The notes under the pieces: model-generated | Databases searched by the model: none | What the model was told of the DNA's origin: nothing | What the model saw: the letters and a program-made list of their open reading frames with translations, nothing else | Program-made: the position numbers and the translations under genes | Shown here: positions 8,115 through 17,854 of the stretch, piece after piece | Position numbering within the stretch: the first letter of the stretch is position 1 | Layout: every line of letters starts with the position of its first letter | From: a virus | DNA length: 64,000 nucleotides | Reading direction: 5' to 3' (one strand) | IMG/VR virus record: IMGVR_UViG_3300036985_003303 | Location: 32,001 to 96,000 of that record

Positions 8115-8950
8115 GTGTAAAATTTTATGCCGATGAACACAAATACATCAGTATTGATGAAAGAGATCCAATTGATTGGATAAGTGTGACAAGGTTGATT
8201 CATTACTTTAAAGAACCATTTGATACAATCAAAATGGCTGAGGCTTGTTCTAAAGGAAAGAATCCCAAGTATAACAAAATGACTCCTGAAGAAATTATTA
8301 AACTGTGGGAATCTGAAAATAAAAGAGCTGTTAACTTAGGTTCATGGTATCATGACCAAAGAGAAAAAGACGTTCTTGCTTGCAACACAATTACAAGAAA
8401 AGGAAAAGAGTTAACAATCATAAATCCTTTGATGGATGGATTAGTTAAACTTGCACCAGAACAACAATTAGTTGATGGTATTTATCCTGAGCATTTGGTT
8501 TATTTAAAATCGGCAGGTGTTTGTGGACAAGCAGATAGAATTGAAGTTGTAGATGAATTGATTGATGTCTATGACTACAAAACAAACAAAGAAATCAAAC
8601 TTCAAGGATTTACAGACAGGTTAGGTAAAAGTAAAAAACTACTTGGGCCACTTTCTCATTTGGATGAATGTAACTACAATGAATATGCTTTACAGTTAAG
8701 TACCTACATGTACATAATGTTGAAGCATAACTTTAATTTGAAACCAGGTAAAATCCAACTAGATCACATTGAATTTGAGATTGATCACTTGGATAAAAAT
8801 GGCTATCCTGTTGTTGCTACAGATGCTATGGGTGATCCGCTAGTAAAAAGTGTAGTACCGTATGAATTACCCTACATGAAAAAAGAAGTGATTGCTATGT
8901 TTAAGTATGTTCAAGAACACAGAGAAAAAATATTAAACCATGGCCATTAA
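8111..8950 (+). CDS. PD-(D/E)xK (Cas4/RecB-like) exonuclease
   Basis: SVT.LI..F.EPFD, GQADRI, VYDYKTNK and YALQLSTY motifs. Confidence 0.85.
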   Translation: MSVKFYADEHKYISIDERDPIDWISVTRLIHYFKEPFDTIKMAEACSKGKNPKYNKMTPEEIIKLWESENKRAVNLGSWYHDQREKDVLACNTITRKGKELTIINPLMDGLVKLAPEQQLVDGIYPEHLVYLKSAGVCGQADRIEVVDELIDVYDYKTNKEIKLQGFTDRLGKSKKLLGPLSHLDECNYNEYALQLSTYMYIMLKHNFNLKPGKIQLDHIEFEIDHLDKNGYPVVATDAMGDPLVKSVVPYELPYMKKEVIAMFKYVQEHREKILNHGH

Positions 8951-9452
8951 ACTATTTGATGCAATAAATGGTAAAGTAGTTCCAACGGAACACTGCCAAA
9001 CTATTCCTTTCTTGAGAAGGATAATGGAAGAATATCCAGATAATCATTTAGAGATTTATGCTTACTTATTTTACATGAGTTGCAGGAGTTCTGAAAATCC
9101 ATATTTTAACCGACCTCAAGATGAAGTGCAAGATGAAATTCTTTCAGATTTAAATCCTAACTTTGATCCAGAAGATAGACTTATTCGTATGGCACTGGAT
9201 AGATGCAAAGACATGTATGAAACGCCAACCATTCGTGCTTACAATGGTATTTCTAACATGCTAGAAAAGTTAGCGTTTTATATGAACACTCAAACCATTA
9301 CAGATGGTAGAGATGGAAATATTACAGCTATTGTGAGTGCTGCAAAAAACTTTGATGCCATTCGTAAATCATTTAAAGGAGTGGCAAAAGATTTGGAAGA
9401 AGAACAATCATCAAGAGCCAGAGGTGGACAAAAACTAAGTTACGATGACTAA
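8940..9452 (+). CDS. Conserved helical protein, candidate terminase small subunit
   Basis: Directly coupled upstream of TerL; 170 aa and helical. The TerS role is inferred from position. Confidence 0.45.
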   Translation: MAIKLFDAINGKVVPTEHCQTIPFLRRIMEEYPDNHLEIYAYLFYMSCRSSENPYFNRPQDEVQDEILSDLNPNFDPEDRLIRMALDRCKDMYETPTIRAYNGISNMLEKLAFYMNTQTITDGRDGNITAIVSAAKNFDAIRKSFKGVAKDLEEEQSSRARGGQKLSYDD

Positions 9453-11670
9453 TGATGACCTAGGGGAGTTCCATCAAGATATACCTCTTTGGGACAATGG
9501 TGTTTGGACAACTTATAGTTTTCCAAGCAGACTTGATATGGCTACAACTTTAGAAGCAGATTATTTTAAAGAACCTGGTCAATATGATTTTGATGAAATA
9601 GTTCATGAGTTCCAAAAGCAAGGACTCAAATTTAAAAAAGTGAGTTATTTCTGTGATGCCGCAGATGGCACTAAAGACTTTATTGACTATTGGGATGATC
9701 AAAAATTAAAATGCAGAAAAGGAGTTTTGTTTTGGAAAGGTGATAAAAAGTATTACCTGCCGCGTGATTACTATTTCTGGATTAATTTTTTGCCAATCAT
9801 TGATAAAGTAAAAAGAAAAACAGATTTTCCAGACATACATGATGCGCAATATCACATGTCACTTTATGAAGCAATTGGAGAATTGTTTTATTTGCATGGA
9901 ATTATCTTAAAGAAAAGACAGTTTGGATCTTCATTCTACCATGGAGCCAAACTAGTAAATGTACTATGGTTTGAGTATGGACCAGTTCTTAAAATCGGTT
10001 CTTCATTAAGTGCTTATGTAACGGGGGTGAATGGTACTTGGAAAATGATCAATGAGTACAAAAACTTTTTGAATCAACATACTGCCTGGTACCGACCAAT
10101 GAATCCGTCAGGTGTCGGTGAGTGGCAACAGAAAATTGAGTATGTTGAAAATGGTAGAAAAACAGAAAGAGGTAGAAAAGGAGTTCTTCAAGCGTTGTCA
10201 TTTGAGCAATCAGATACAGCCGGTGTAGGGGGACTTTGTACTTTGTTCTTTTATGAAGAAGCAGGAATTGCCAAATCCATGGATAAAACATACGAGTTCA
10301 TGCTTCCTGCATTACAAGCCGGTGAAATTACTACAGGTTATTTTATTGCATCTGGAACCGTAGGTGATTTGAAACAGTGTGAACCTTTGCGTAAATACAT
10401 GCATAAAGCCAAGGGAAATGGATTCTATGAAGTAAAGAATAAATGGGCCGATCCAAAAGGAACAGTTCTTACCACAGGATTGTTTATTCCAGAACAATGG
10501 TCAATGCCTCCATACATTGATGAGTTTGGTAATTCTAAAGTAGAAGAAGCATTAGAAGCATTAATTGAGTTAAAGAAACAGTGGAAAAAAGATTTAGATC
10601 CAGAAACATATCAGATCCGTTGTTCTCAGCGACCAACTAACATGGAAGAAGCATTTGCCTTTAGAGGTGAAAGTATATTTCCATTGGAACTGGTTAAGTC
10701 ACACAAACGTGATATTGAAGAAGGTGATTATCCTTATTCTTGTTACAACTTAGCTTATGATAACAAAGGTGAGATTGTTGCATCACCTACAACCAAGAAA
10801 CCAATACTGATTTTTCCTACAGATAAAAGCGCAGAAGATAAATCTGGCGCAATACAAGTATGGGAAGAGCCAGATGAAGAAAAGGATTTTTGCACCACAT
10901 ATTTTGCATCTGTGGATCCCGTGTCTGAGGGAAAAACAGTAACCTCAGATTCACTTTGTTCTATTCATGTTTACAAGAATCCAATACAAGTACAAAGGGT
11001 ATTGGCTAATGGGGAAGTGGAAACATTCATTGAAGGAGATAAAATTGTAGCAGCCTGGACCGGCAGGTATGATGACATCAACAAAACACATGAAAGATTA
11101 GAACTTATCATTGAGTGGTATCAAGCATGGACAGTTGTTGAGAACAACGTGCCTCTATTTATACAATACATGCAGTTTAAGCGCAAGCAAAAGTATTTAG
11201 TGCCCTCTTCTCAAATAGTTTTTTCTAAAGAAGTACAGCAGTCTAAAACTCAATTCCAACAATATGGTTGGCGAAATGTTTCCACCATATTTAAGACTGT
11301 AATGTTGAGTTATTTAATTGAGTACCTTAGAGAAGAACTTGATGTGGAAACAGATGAAGACGGGAAGATCTATAAGAAGCATTATGGTATATCCAGAATC
11401 CCTGATTACATGGCCATGGTTGAGATGGAACACTACCAACCTGGAGTCAATGTGGATAGATTAATTTCTTTGGGAGCTTTGATTACATTTGTAAAAATAC
11501 AAGAAGCAAGCAGAGGTTTGAAGAAAAGAGTTGAATATGATAATGAAGAAGATTTGGAAAAGTCAGAAAATTTGTATAAATTAAATAGGAGTCCTTATAG
11601 ACATCTTGGATCAAGCAGTGAATCTTTAAGTATGAAGAAACCGCGCAATCCATTTAAAAACTTTAGATAA
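9445..11670 (+). CDS. terL: Terminase large subunit
   Basis: LKKRQFGSS (Walker A-like), FFYEEAG (Walker B), ASVDP nuclease Asp, NVDRLISLG C-terminal acidic motif; followed by portal. Confidence 0.9.
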   Translation: MTNDDLGEFHQDIPLWDNGVWTTYSFPSRLDMATTLEADYFKEPGQYDFDEIVHEFQKQGLKFKKVSYFCDAADGTKDFIDYWDDQKLKCRKGVLFWKGDKKYYLPRDYYFWINFLPIIDKVKRKTDFPDIHDAQYHMSLYEAIGELFYLHGIILKKRQFGSSFYHGAKLVNVLWFEYGPVLKIGSSLSAYVTGVNGTWKMINEYKNFLNQHTAWYRPMNPSGVGEWQQKIEYVENGRKTERGRKGVLQALSFEQSDTAGVGGLCTLFFYEEAGIAKSMDKTYEFMLPALQAGEITTGYFIASGTVGDLKQCEPLRKYMHKAKGNGFYEVKNKWADPKGTVLTTGLFIPEQWSMPPYIDEFGNSKVEEALEALIELKKQWKKDLDPETYQIRCSQRPTNMEEAFAFRGESIFPLELVKSHKRDIEEGDYPYSCYNLAYDNKGEIVASPTTKKPILIFPTDKSAEDKSGAIQVWEEPDEEKDFCTTYFASVDPVSEGKTVTSDSLCSIHVYKNPIQVQRVLANGEVETFIEGDKIVAAWTGRYDDINKTHERLELIIEWYQAWTVVENNVPLFIQYMQFKRKQKYLVPSSQIVFSKEVQQSKTQFQQYGWRNVSTIFKTVMLSYLIEYLREELDVETDEDGKIYKKHYGISRIPDYMAMVEMEHYQPGVNVDRLISLGALITFVKIQEASRGLKKRVEYDNEEDLEKSENLYKLNRSPYRHLGSSSESLSMKKPRNPFKNFR

Positions 11671-14405
11671 TGGAAATATTAAATGCAATAGACTTAAAAA
11701 AGGGCAAGAAAACCAAGAAAAATAGATTTGGTGTTTTTACCCAGCCCATTCAATTTGTACCATCAGATGAAAAAGATGATGAGTGGTCAAAATGGAATAT
11801 TGATTGGTTAGAGTGGCAGGGCATTAAGCAGATTGGTTCTAAAGCCAGACGCATAATGAAGAATTATAAACTTGCTAAAGGTGTAATTGATAAAACAGAT
11901 TATCTTCCGGATGTAGAGAATGATATGACAGAGATGCTTGAAACTCTTACTGAAGGACAAAATGAAGCATTGGAGTTAAAGTTTTATCCAATCATTCCTA
12001 ATCTTGTAAACACTTTAGTTTCTGAGTTTGCAAAAAGAAATACCAAAGTAGATTACCGTGCTATTGATGAGTATTCATACAATGAAGTCATGGATAAAAA
12101 AACCGAAGCTATTAGTAAAGTTTTAGTTGAGTATGCTCAGCAAAAACTTATTGCTAAAATGGTTGAAATGGGATTGGATCCAAACTCAGAAGAAGCACAA
12201 CAACAATTAAATCCTGAAGCATTAAAAAAACTTCCAGAGATTGAAGATTTTTATTCTAAAAAATATCAGACACTTGCTGAAAAATGGGCGGTAAAACAAC
12301 ATGCAATTGATGTAAACCGTTTTAAAATGGATGAGATGGAAGAAATTGCTTTCAGAGATTCATTAATTACAGACAGTGAATTTTGGCATTTTAAAATGCT
12401 AGAAGATGATTACAATATTGAATTATTAAACCCCGCACTTTCATTTTACCATAAGTCACCAAATGTACATTACATTTCTCAAGGTAACTGGGCGGGATGG
12501 ATTGACATGCTTACTATTGCAGATGTTGTAGATAAGTATGGTTACTTAATGACTGCTGAACAATTAGAATCACTTGAACTATTGCATCCAGCACGTTCAG
12601 CTAGACACATGATTGATGGTATTCCAAATGATGGTTCATTGTACAATACGGATGATACTTATGAATCTAACAGAAGATCTGGTGTAGATATGCGTAGACA
12701 TTTAGCATTTGTAGAAAACGCACATGATCCTCATGATGTTGTATCCTACATTGTTGGACAAAGTGAACATGCTGGGAATTTACATACTGTTGAATTGTTG
12801 CGCGTGTCTACATCTTATTGGAAAACTCAAAGACGCGTTGGTCAATTGACTAAAATTGATGAAGATGGTGCAGTTATTACAGAAATTATAGATGAGAACT
12901 ATGTAGTAACTACAAAGCCTGTTTACAACAAAGTATTTGAGAAAAAAGAAACTGGGGATAATTTAGTTTTTGGTGATCACATAGATTGGTTTTGGGTTAA
13001 TCAAGTATGGGGTGGAGTTAAAATTGGAAACAATAGAACCATCTTTAATACAGAAACTGACACAGATTTTGATCCAATCTATTTAGGAATTGATAGAGAT
13101 AAACCAGGCCCACTCAAATTCCAATTCCGTGGAGATAAAACTATGTATGGAGCCAAACTTCCAATTGAAGGAAGAGTGTTCTCTGATAGAAATACTAAGT
13201 CCACATCATTTGTTGATTTGCTAAAGCCCTCACAAATTGGATACAATATCTGTAACAATCAAATAGCAGATATTCTTGTAGATGAATTAGGTTCTGTAAT
13301 TGTACTTGACCAGAATGCAATTCCAAAACATTCAATGGGCGAAGACTGGGGTAAAAACAATCTTGCAAAGGCGTATGTAGCTATGAAAGATTTCTCAATG
13401 CTCCCATTAGATCCAAGTATTGCTAATACGGAAAGTGCTACAAACTTTCAGCATTATCAAGTTTTAAATCTTGAACAATCAAATAGGTTGATGTCAAGAA
13501 TCCAATTGGCTAATTACTTTAAAGCACAGGCCATGGAAGTTGTTGGTTTAAATCCACAGCGAATGGGACAACAGCTTGGACAAATAAATACAGCAACAGG
13601 AATTGAACAAGCAATGTCTGGTTCTTATGCTCAAACTGAAACTTACTTTATTCAACACAGTGATCACTTAATGCCGCGTGTACATCAAATGAGAACAGAC
13701 CTCGCACAGTTTTATCATTCAACAAAACCATCAGTTAGATTGCAAGGAATGATTTCTCCAGATGAAAGAACAAACTTTGAGATCAATGGTACAGATTTAC
13801 TATTAGTTGATTTAAATGTATTCTGTTTAACCAATGCGACTAATAGAAATACGCTTGAGCAATTAAAGCAAGTCTTTATGAGCAATAACACAACTGGTGC
13901 ATCTGTTTATGATTTAGGAGAATTAATGCAATCTGATTCAATTGGTTCACTGAATACTATTCTTAAAGGTATTGAAACTAAATCTGAAGAAAGAAGAAAA
14001 GAAGAAATGCAATCTGCACAGCAACAACAAGAAGCTGAAATTCAAGCTAGACAACAAGAAAAACAAATGGAAATGGATCATGAATCTCGCGAAAAAGAAA
14101 AAGATCGCAGATCTAGATTACTTGAAGCAGAAATCAAAGCAGCTGGTTATGGTGCTATGCAAGATGTCAATAAAAATAATCAATCTGATTTCCAAGATGT
14201 ATTGAAAGATGTTAGAGAATCTGAACAATATGCTGATACTATGAACTTTAACAAAGAAAAGGAATCTAATAAAAAAGATGTCCATCAGCAAAAGTTAGAC
14301 TTGGACAGAGAAAAAATGGTAAATGAATCAAGAAACAAACAAGTTGAATTAGCTATTGCTCAGGAAAATAAAAACAAGTTTGACCAGAAAAAACCTAGCA
14401 AATAA
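11670..14405 (+). CDS. Portal protein
   Basis: 911 aa directly after TerL; YPIIPNLVNTLVSE, WINQVWGGVKIG-like and QRMGQ motifs; Q/E-rich C-terminal coiled coil as in crAss-like portals. Confidence 0.85.
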   Translation: MEILNAIDLKKGKKTKKNRFGVFTQPIQFVPSDEKDDEWSKWNIDWLEWQGIKQIGSKARRIMKNYKLAKGVIDKTDYLPDVENDMTEMLETLTEGQNEALELKFYPIIPNLVNTLVSEFAKRNTKVDYRAIDEYSYNEVMDKKTEAISKVLVEYAQQKLIAKMVEMGLDPNSEEAQQQLNPEALKKLPEIEDFYSKKYQTLAEKWAVKQHAIDVNRFKMDEMEEIAFRDSLITDSEFWHFKMLEDDYNIELLNPALSFYHKSPNVHYISQGNWAGWIDMLTIADVVDKYGYLMTAEQLESLELLHPARSARHMIDGIPNDGSLYNTDDTYESNRRSGVDMRRHLAFVENAHDPHDVVSYIVGQSEHAGNLHTVELLRVSTSYWKTQRRVGQLTKIDEDGAVITEIIDENYVVTTKPVYNKVFEKKETGDNLVFGDHIDWFWVNQVWGGVKIGNNRTIFNTETDTDFDPIYLGIDRDKPGPLKFQFRGDKTMYGAKLPIEGRVFSDRNTKSTSFVDLLKPSQIGYNICNNQIADILVDELGSVIVLDQNAIPKHSMGEDWGKNNLAKAYVAMKDFSMLPLDPSIANTESATNFQHYQVLNLEQSNRLMSRIQLANYFKAQAMEVVGLNPQRMGQQLGQINTATGIEQAMSGSYAQTETYFIQHSDHLMPRVHQMRTDLAQFYHSTKPSVRLQGMISPDERTNFEINGTDLLLVDLNVFCLTNATNRNTLEQLKQVFMSNNTTGASVYDLGELMQSDSIGSLNTILKGIETKSEERRKEEMQSAQQQQEAEIQARQQEKQMEMDHESREKEKDRRSRLLEAEIKAAGYGAMQDVNKNNQSDFQDVLKDVRESEQYADTMNFNKEKESNKKDVHQQKLDLDREKMVNESRNKQVELAIAQENKNKFDQKKPSK

Positions 14406-14414
14406 GATAATTAT

Positions 14415-14505
14415 ATGTTTTAACTATAGTATGGAAAAAACTTTTCAGTTAATCAAAAATAGTTAAACATATATTGTTTACAATTGAATAAATTTGCTTA
14501 TATTA
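14415..14505 (+). promoter_or_regulatory. Scaffold/MCP promoter region with an imperfect inverted repeat and TATATTA
   Basis: ATGTTTTAACTAT (14415-14427) versus ATAGTTAAACAT (14459-14470); TTTGCT-TATATTA at 14493-14505. Confidence 0.5.
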
Positions 14506-14533
14506 TTTATAGTCAGAACTAAAACCAACAAAG

Positions 14534-15814
14534 ATGACAGAAGAAGAAAAAGCAGCTCAAGCAGCTGCACAAAACTCTGCTACAACGGTAGCAGAGGTTG
14601 ATTTTGATAACCTGGATGATTTACTTGGAATCCCATCAGCGAGTTCAGTTATTGCTCCTGCAGAGTCCAAAAATTCAGTGTTAAAATCAGATAAAGTTGA
14701 CATATCGTTCCTAGACAAAATTGGTGATGATGATACAGAATCATTAAAAGATCCGGAGATTGCTAAAGCTGCTGTGTCTGCACTTGTTGATGATGAATTT
14801 ACTGGAGGCCCTAGTGATGCAGCTGATGCAGCTGAAGAAAAGGATAAAGGTGGAAGACCGCGTTTGACAAAGGATGCAATGATTGAAGCAGCAACTAGGT
14901 TAATTGACAAAGGAGTTCTTCAACCATTTGATGACGGAAAAGCACTTACTGATTATACAGTAGATGATTTTGAAGAACTTATTCAAGCAAACATTGATTC
15001 ACAAACAAGTGAAGTTGCACAAAATGCACCGGTTCAATTGTTTCAACAGTTGCCAGAAGAAGTTCAAGCTGTTATTCATTATGCATTGAATGGCGGTCAA
15101 GACATCAAATCAGTATTTAGTCAATTAGCTAAAGCACAAGAAACATTTGATTTGGATACTGCAAATGAGCACGACCAAGAAAGTATTGCTAGACAATACT
15201 TAAATCTTTCTGGCTTTGGTTCTGTAGAAGAAGTTGAAGATGAAATCAATGTTCTTAAAGATCGCGGAGATTTGCAAAAATATGCTGAAAGGTATAAACC
15301 AAAATTGGATGCAAGACAAGCTGAGGTAATTGAAAAAAGATTGAAAGATCAACAATCAGCTCAAGTCCGTAAAAATGACATGGAAAAAAGATACCATGAT
15401 GTTGTTTACAATACTTTAAACAACAACAACTTAAATGGTATTCCATTAAATAACAAAGTTCAAACCATGTTGTACTATGGTCTTACAGACGCTACTAAGT
15501 ATCAAGACTCAAAAGGTAATGCTACAAATGCATTAGGATACTTACTAGAGCAACATCAGTTTGGAGAAAAGGCAAATCCGTCATTGGTGGCTGAAGCATT
15601 ATGGTTACTTGCTGATCCGGTTAATTACCGTAACTCAGTAAAACAACTTGGTGCTAATGTAGCAAATTCAAATACGGTAAGGGCTTTAAGAACAGAAGAA
15701 GCTTCAAGAAATACATCATCAACTGGAATCGGGGAACAAAACACAAGTGCTAGTAGAGTGTCTAACAAAAGAGAGCCAATTAAAAGGCAAGGTAAGACAC
15801 TATTTTCTAGATAA
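14534..15814 (+). CDS. Capsid scaffolding-like acidic protein
   Basis: Very acidic, low-complexity N-terminal half, helical C-terminal half; lies between portal and MCP. Confidence 0.65.
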   Translation: MTEEEKAAQAAAQNSATTVAEVDFDNLDDLLGIPSASSVIAPAESKNSVLKSDKVDISFLDKIGDDDTESLKDPEIAKAAVSALVDDEFTGGPSDAADAAEEKDKGGRPRLTKDAMIEAATRLIDKGVLQPFDDGKALTDYTVDDFEELIQANIDSQTSEVAQNAPVQLFQQLPEEVQAVIHYALNGGQDIKSVFSQLAKAQETFDLDTANEHDQESIARQYLNLSGFGSVEEVEDEINVLKDRGDLQKYAERYKPKLDARQAEVIEKRLKDQQSAQVRKNDMEKRYHDVVYNTLNNNNLNGIPLNNKVQTMLYYGLTDATKYQDSKGNATNALGYLLEQHQFGEKANPSLVAEALWLLADPVNYRNSVKQLGANVANSNTVRALRTEEASRNTSSTGIGEQNTSASRVSNKREPIKRQGKTLFSR

Positions 15815-15844
15815 TTAAATAGTAAACAATAAACAAATATAAAA

Positions 15845-17461
15845 ATGAGTACACCAGTTTTAAATAATGGGATGTTCCTTCGGGACAACTATTACACAGC
15901 AAGCTCTCATGTGGATTCTTACCACTTGATGAATTTGATGAAAGACACGCAACCAGATGACTTAGGACCAATTGAACTTTGGGCGCAAGTTAAAAAGTTG
16001 GAGATGCCTTTGTATCAAATGTCTTCTTTTAACGGAAAGAATGTTATTGAGGTAAACCACCCAAGAGGTGAATACAAGTGGTCAACACCTGTATCTGAAG
16101 AACTTCCTTTCATTATGGAAGATCTTGATCCATCAAACACTATCAAAGGCGTAGATGGTACTCCGTTCAAAATCAAATTGAACAAGCGTGTATTTGGACA
16201 TGGTGACATCATCACTTATGACAAATTCAATGGAAAAGAACTTTATATCACAGATGAAGACATCTTGGATATGGGTGACGGATATATCTATACAGTTCAA
16301 ATGCCGAACAACGATTCAGCTGCAACTTTTGATAACCGTTTCTTGACAAACAACACTTACTTCTTCCGTGTAGGTTCTGCGCGTGGTGAGTACGGTGAGC
16401 GTTACTCAGATCTTTCTATGACTCACACAACTCGTGAGTTCTACAACTATGTTGGTAATGCAGATGCACACGTTCACTATACAATTTCATCTAAAGTGAA
16501 ATTGATGGAGAAAGGTGGTATGCAAGCTGACGGTTCAATTCCTGTAACTGAAATTTGGAAAAACTTTGATACGTCAATGGATCCATCTATCAATACATTG
16601 GAAGGAATGGTTGCTGCTAAAGGACAAGGTTATGTGAAAAAAGCAATGGACAATGGAAACTTGGTTCGTTCTTTCATCACTAAGTTGGAAGCAGCTCACC
16701 TTTCCAAAATTGCTTATGATATTGAAACTTACCTTATGTGGGGTAAAGGTGGACGTATCAAGCAAGATGGTCCAGATGACCTTCGTTTGTCAGTTGGTTT
16801 GTGGAAACAATTAGACTTGTCTTACAAGCATGTTTACAACAAATCTGATTTCCGTCTTGACATCTTCCGTTCTGAGATTTTCAACTTCTACAATGGTAAA
16901 GTTGATTTCCAAGGACCAGATCCAAAACGTGAATTGATTGTTCAAACTGGAATGGGTGGTATGCGTATTATCAATGAAGCAATCAAGCGTGAGGCTTTTG
17001 CATCAGGATTGGTAATGAACGCAAAAGAATTGGAAGCAGTAAAAGGTTCAGGAATGGACTTGTCTTACGGTTTCTCTTTCACAAGCTACACAATTCCTTT
17101 CTTGGCAAATGTGAAGTTTGTTTTGAACCCTGCGTTTGACAACTTACAAAACAATGAGATTGAAAACCCAATCATTGATGGTTTCCGTTTGTCTTCTTAC
17201 TCATTTATCATCTTTGATATTACTGAGAATGGTCAAGACAATATCAAATTGTTGAAATGTGCTTGGAACAAGGATCTTGTTTGGAGATATGTAAATGGTT
17301 CTATGGACTATATGGGACGTACTCAAGGGTTCGCTTCATCTGGTAACTTCAATGGATACCAAATCTACATGACGCAAGCAATGCCTGCAATCAAAGTAGA
17401 AGATCCTACTAAAGTGTTGAAAATTGTTATGAGAAACCCAATCACGGGAGGTTCATTATAA
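15845..17461 (+). CDS. Major capsid protein
   Basis: 538 aa after the scaffold; strong codon bias (CGT/TTC/AAC); YLMWGKGG, GLWKQL, VQTGMGG motifs; followed by a terminator. Confidence 0.85.
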   Translation: MSTPVLNNGMFLRDNYYTASSHVDSYHLMNLMKDTQPDDLGPIELWAQVKKLEMPLYQMSSFNGKNVIEVNHPRGEYKWSTPVSEELPFIMEDLDPSNTIKGVDGTPFKIKLNKRVFGHGDIITYDKFNGKELYITDEDILDMGDGYIYTVQMPNNDSAATFDNRFLTNNTYFFRVGSARGEYGERYSDLSMTHTTREFYNYVGNADAHVHYTISSKVKLMEKGGMQADGSIPVTEIWKNFDTSMDPSINTLEGMVAAKGQGYVKKAMDNGNLVRSFITKLEAAHLSKIAYDIETYLMWGKGGRIKQDGPDDLRLSVGLWKQLDLSYKHVYNKSDFRLDIFRSEIFNFYNGKVDFQGPDPKRELIVQTGMGGMRIINEAIKREAFASGLVMNAKELEAVKGSGMDLSYGFSFTSYTIPFLANVKFVLNPAFDNLQNNEIENPIIDGFRLSSYSFIIFDITENGQDNIKLLKCAWNKDLVWRYVNGSMDYMGRTQGFASSGNFNGYQIYMTQAMPAIKVEDPTKVLKIVMRNPITGGSL

Positions 17462-17476
17462 TCATATTTTATTAAC

Positions 17477-17504
17477 AAGGGAGTCATTAGTTTGGCTCCC
17501 TTTT
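17477..17504 (+). terminator. Rho-independent terminator after MCP
   Basis: AAGGGAGTCA / TGGCTCCCTT stem plus TT. Confidence 0.7.
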
Positions 17505-17517
17505 AAACTTTAAAATC

Positions 17518-17775
17518 ATGTCAACAATCAAAGTTGGGGTATCAAGCCCAGATCCAGTATTAAATAGATCAGCTTATGCTGAATCAGCATTAGCTCGTAT
17601 TGCTCATATCAATGAAGCAGTTCGTTTAATGAAAGCAGATGTTGCAACTGTGGGTATTTTACCAGCACAACCTGCATTAACAGGAACAACAGTAGCTCCT
17701 TTGAGAGCAGAAGTTGAAGTCCGATTAGACACTATTGAAGCAAAATTAAATGCTCTTATAGCAGCATTATCTTAG
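17518..17775 (+). CDS. Small capsid-associated/decoration-like protein
   Basis: Directly after MCP; C-terminal heptads RLDTIEAKLNALIAALS suggest a trimeric coiled coil. Confidence 0.5.
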   Translation: MSTIKVGVSSPDPVLNRSAYAESALARIAHINEAVRLMKADVATVGILPAQPALTGTTVAPLRAEVEVRLDTIEAKLNALIAALS

Positions 17776-17786
17776 AAAGGTAAATT

Positions 17787-17816
17787 GAGGTAGCCGTTAT
17801 GCGTCTGCCTCTTTTT
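17787..17816 (+). terminator. Rho-independent terminator, followed by TATATTTG (17819-17826)
   Basis: GAGGTAG...CTGCCTC stem plus TTTTT. Confidence 0.6.
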
Positions 17817-17854
17817 ATTATATTTGTCAGTCATTAATAATAAACCAACCAAAA

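Noticed and set aside
8111-8950. Cas4-like nuclease as part of a CRISPR system
   Set aside because: No cas1/cas2 or array in the window; standalone PD-(D/E)xK nucleases are common in phages.
9445-17461. Introns or inteins in TerL, portal or MCP
   Set aside because: ORFs are continuous, lengths fit crAss-like homolog sizes as I recall them, and I saw no intein splice-junction or LAGLIDADG motifs.
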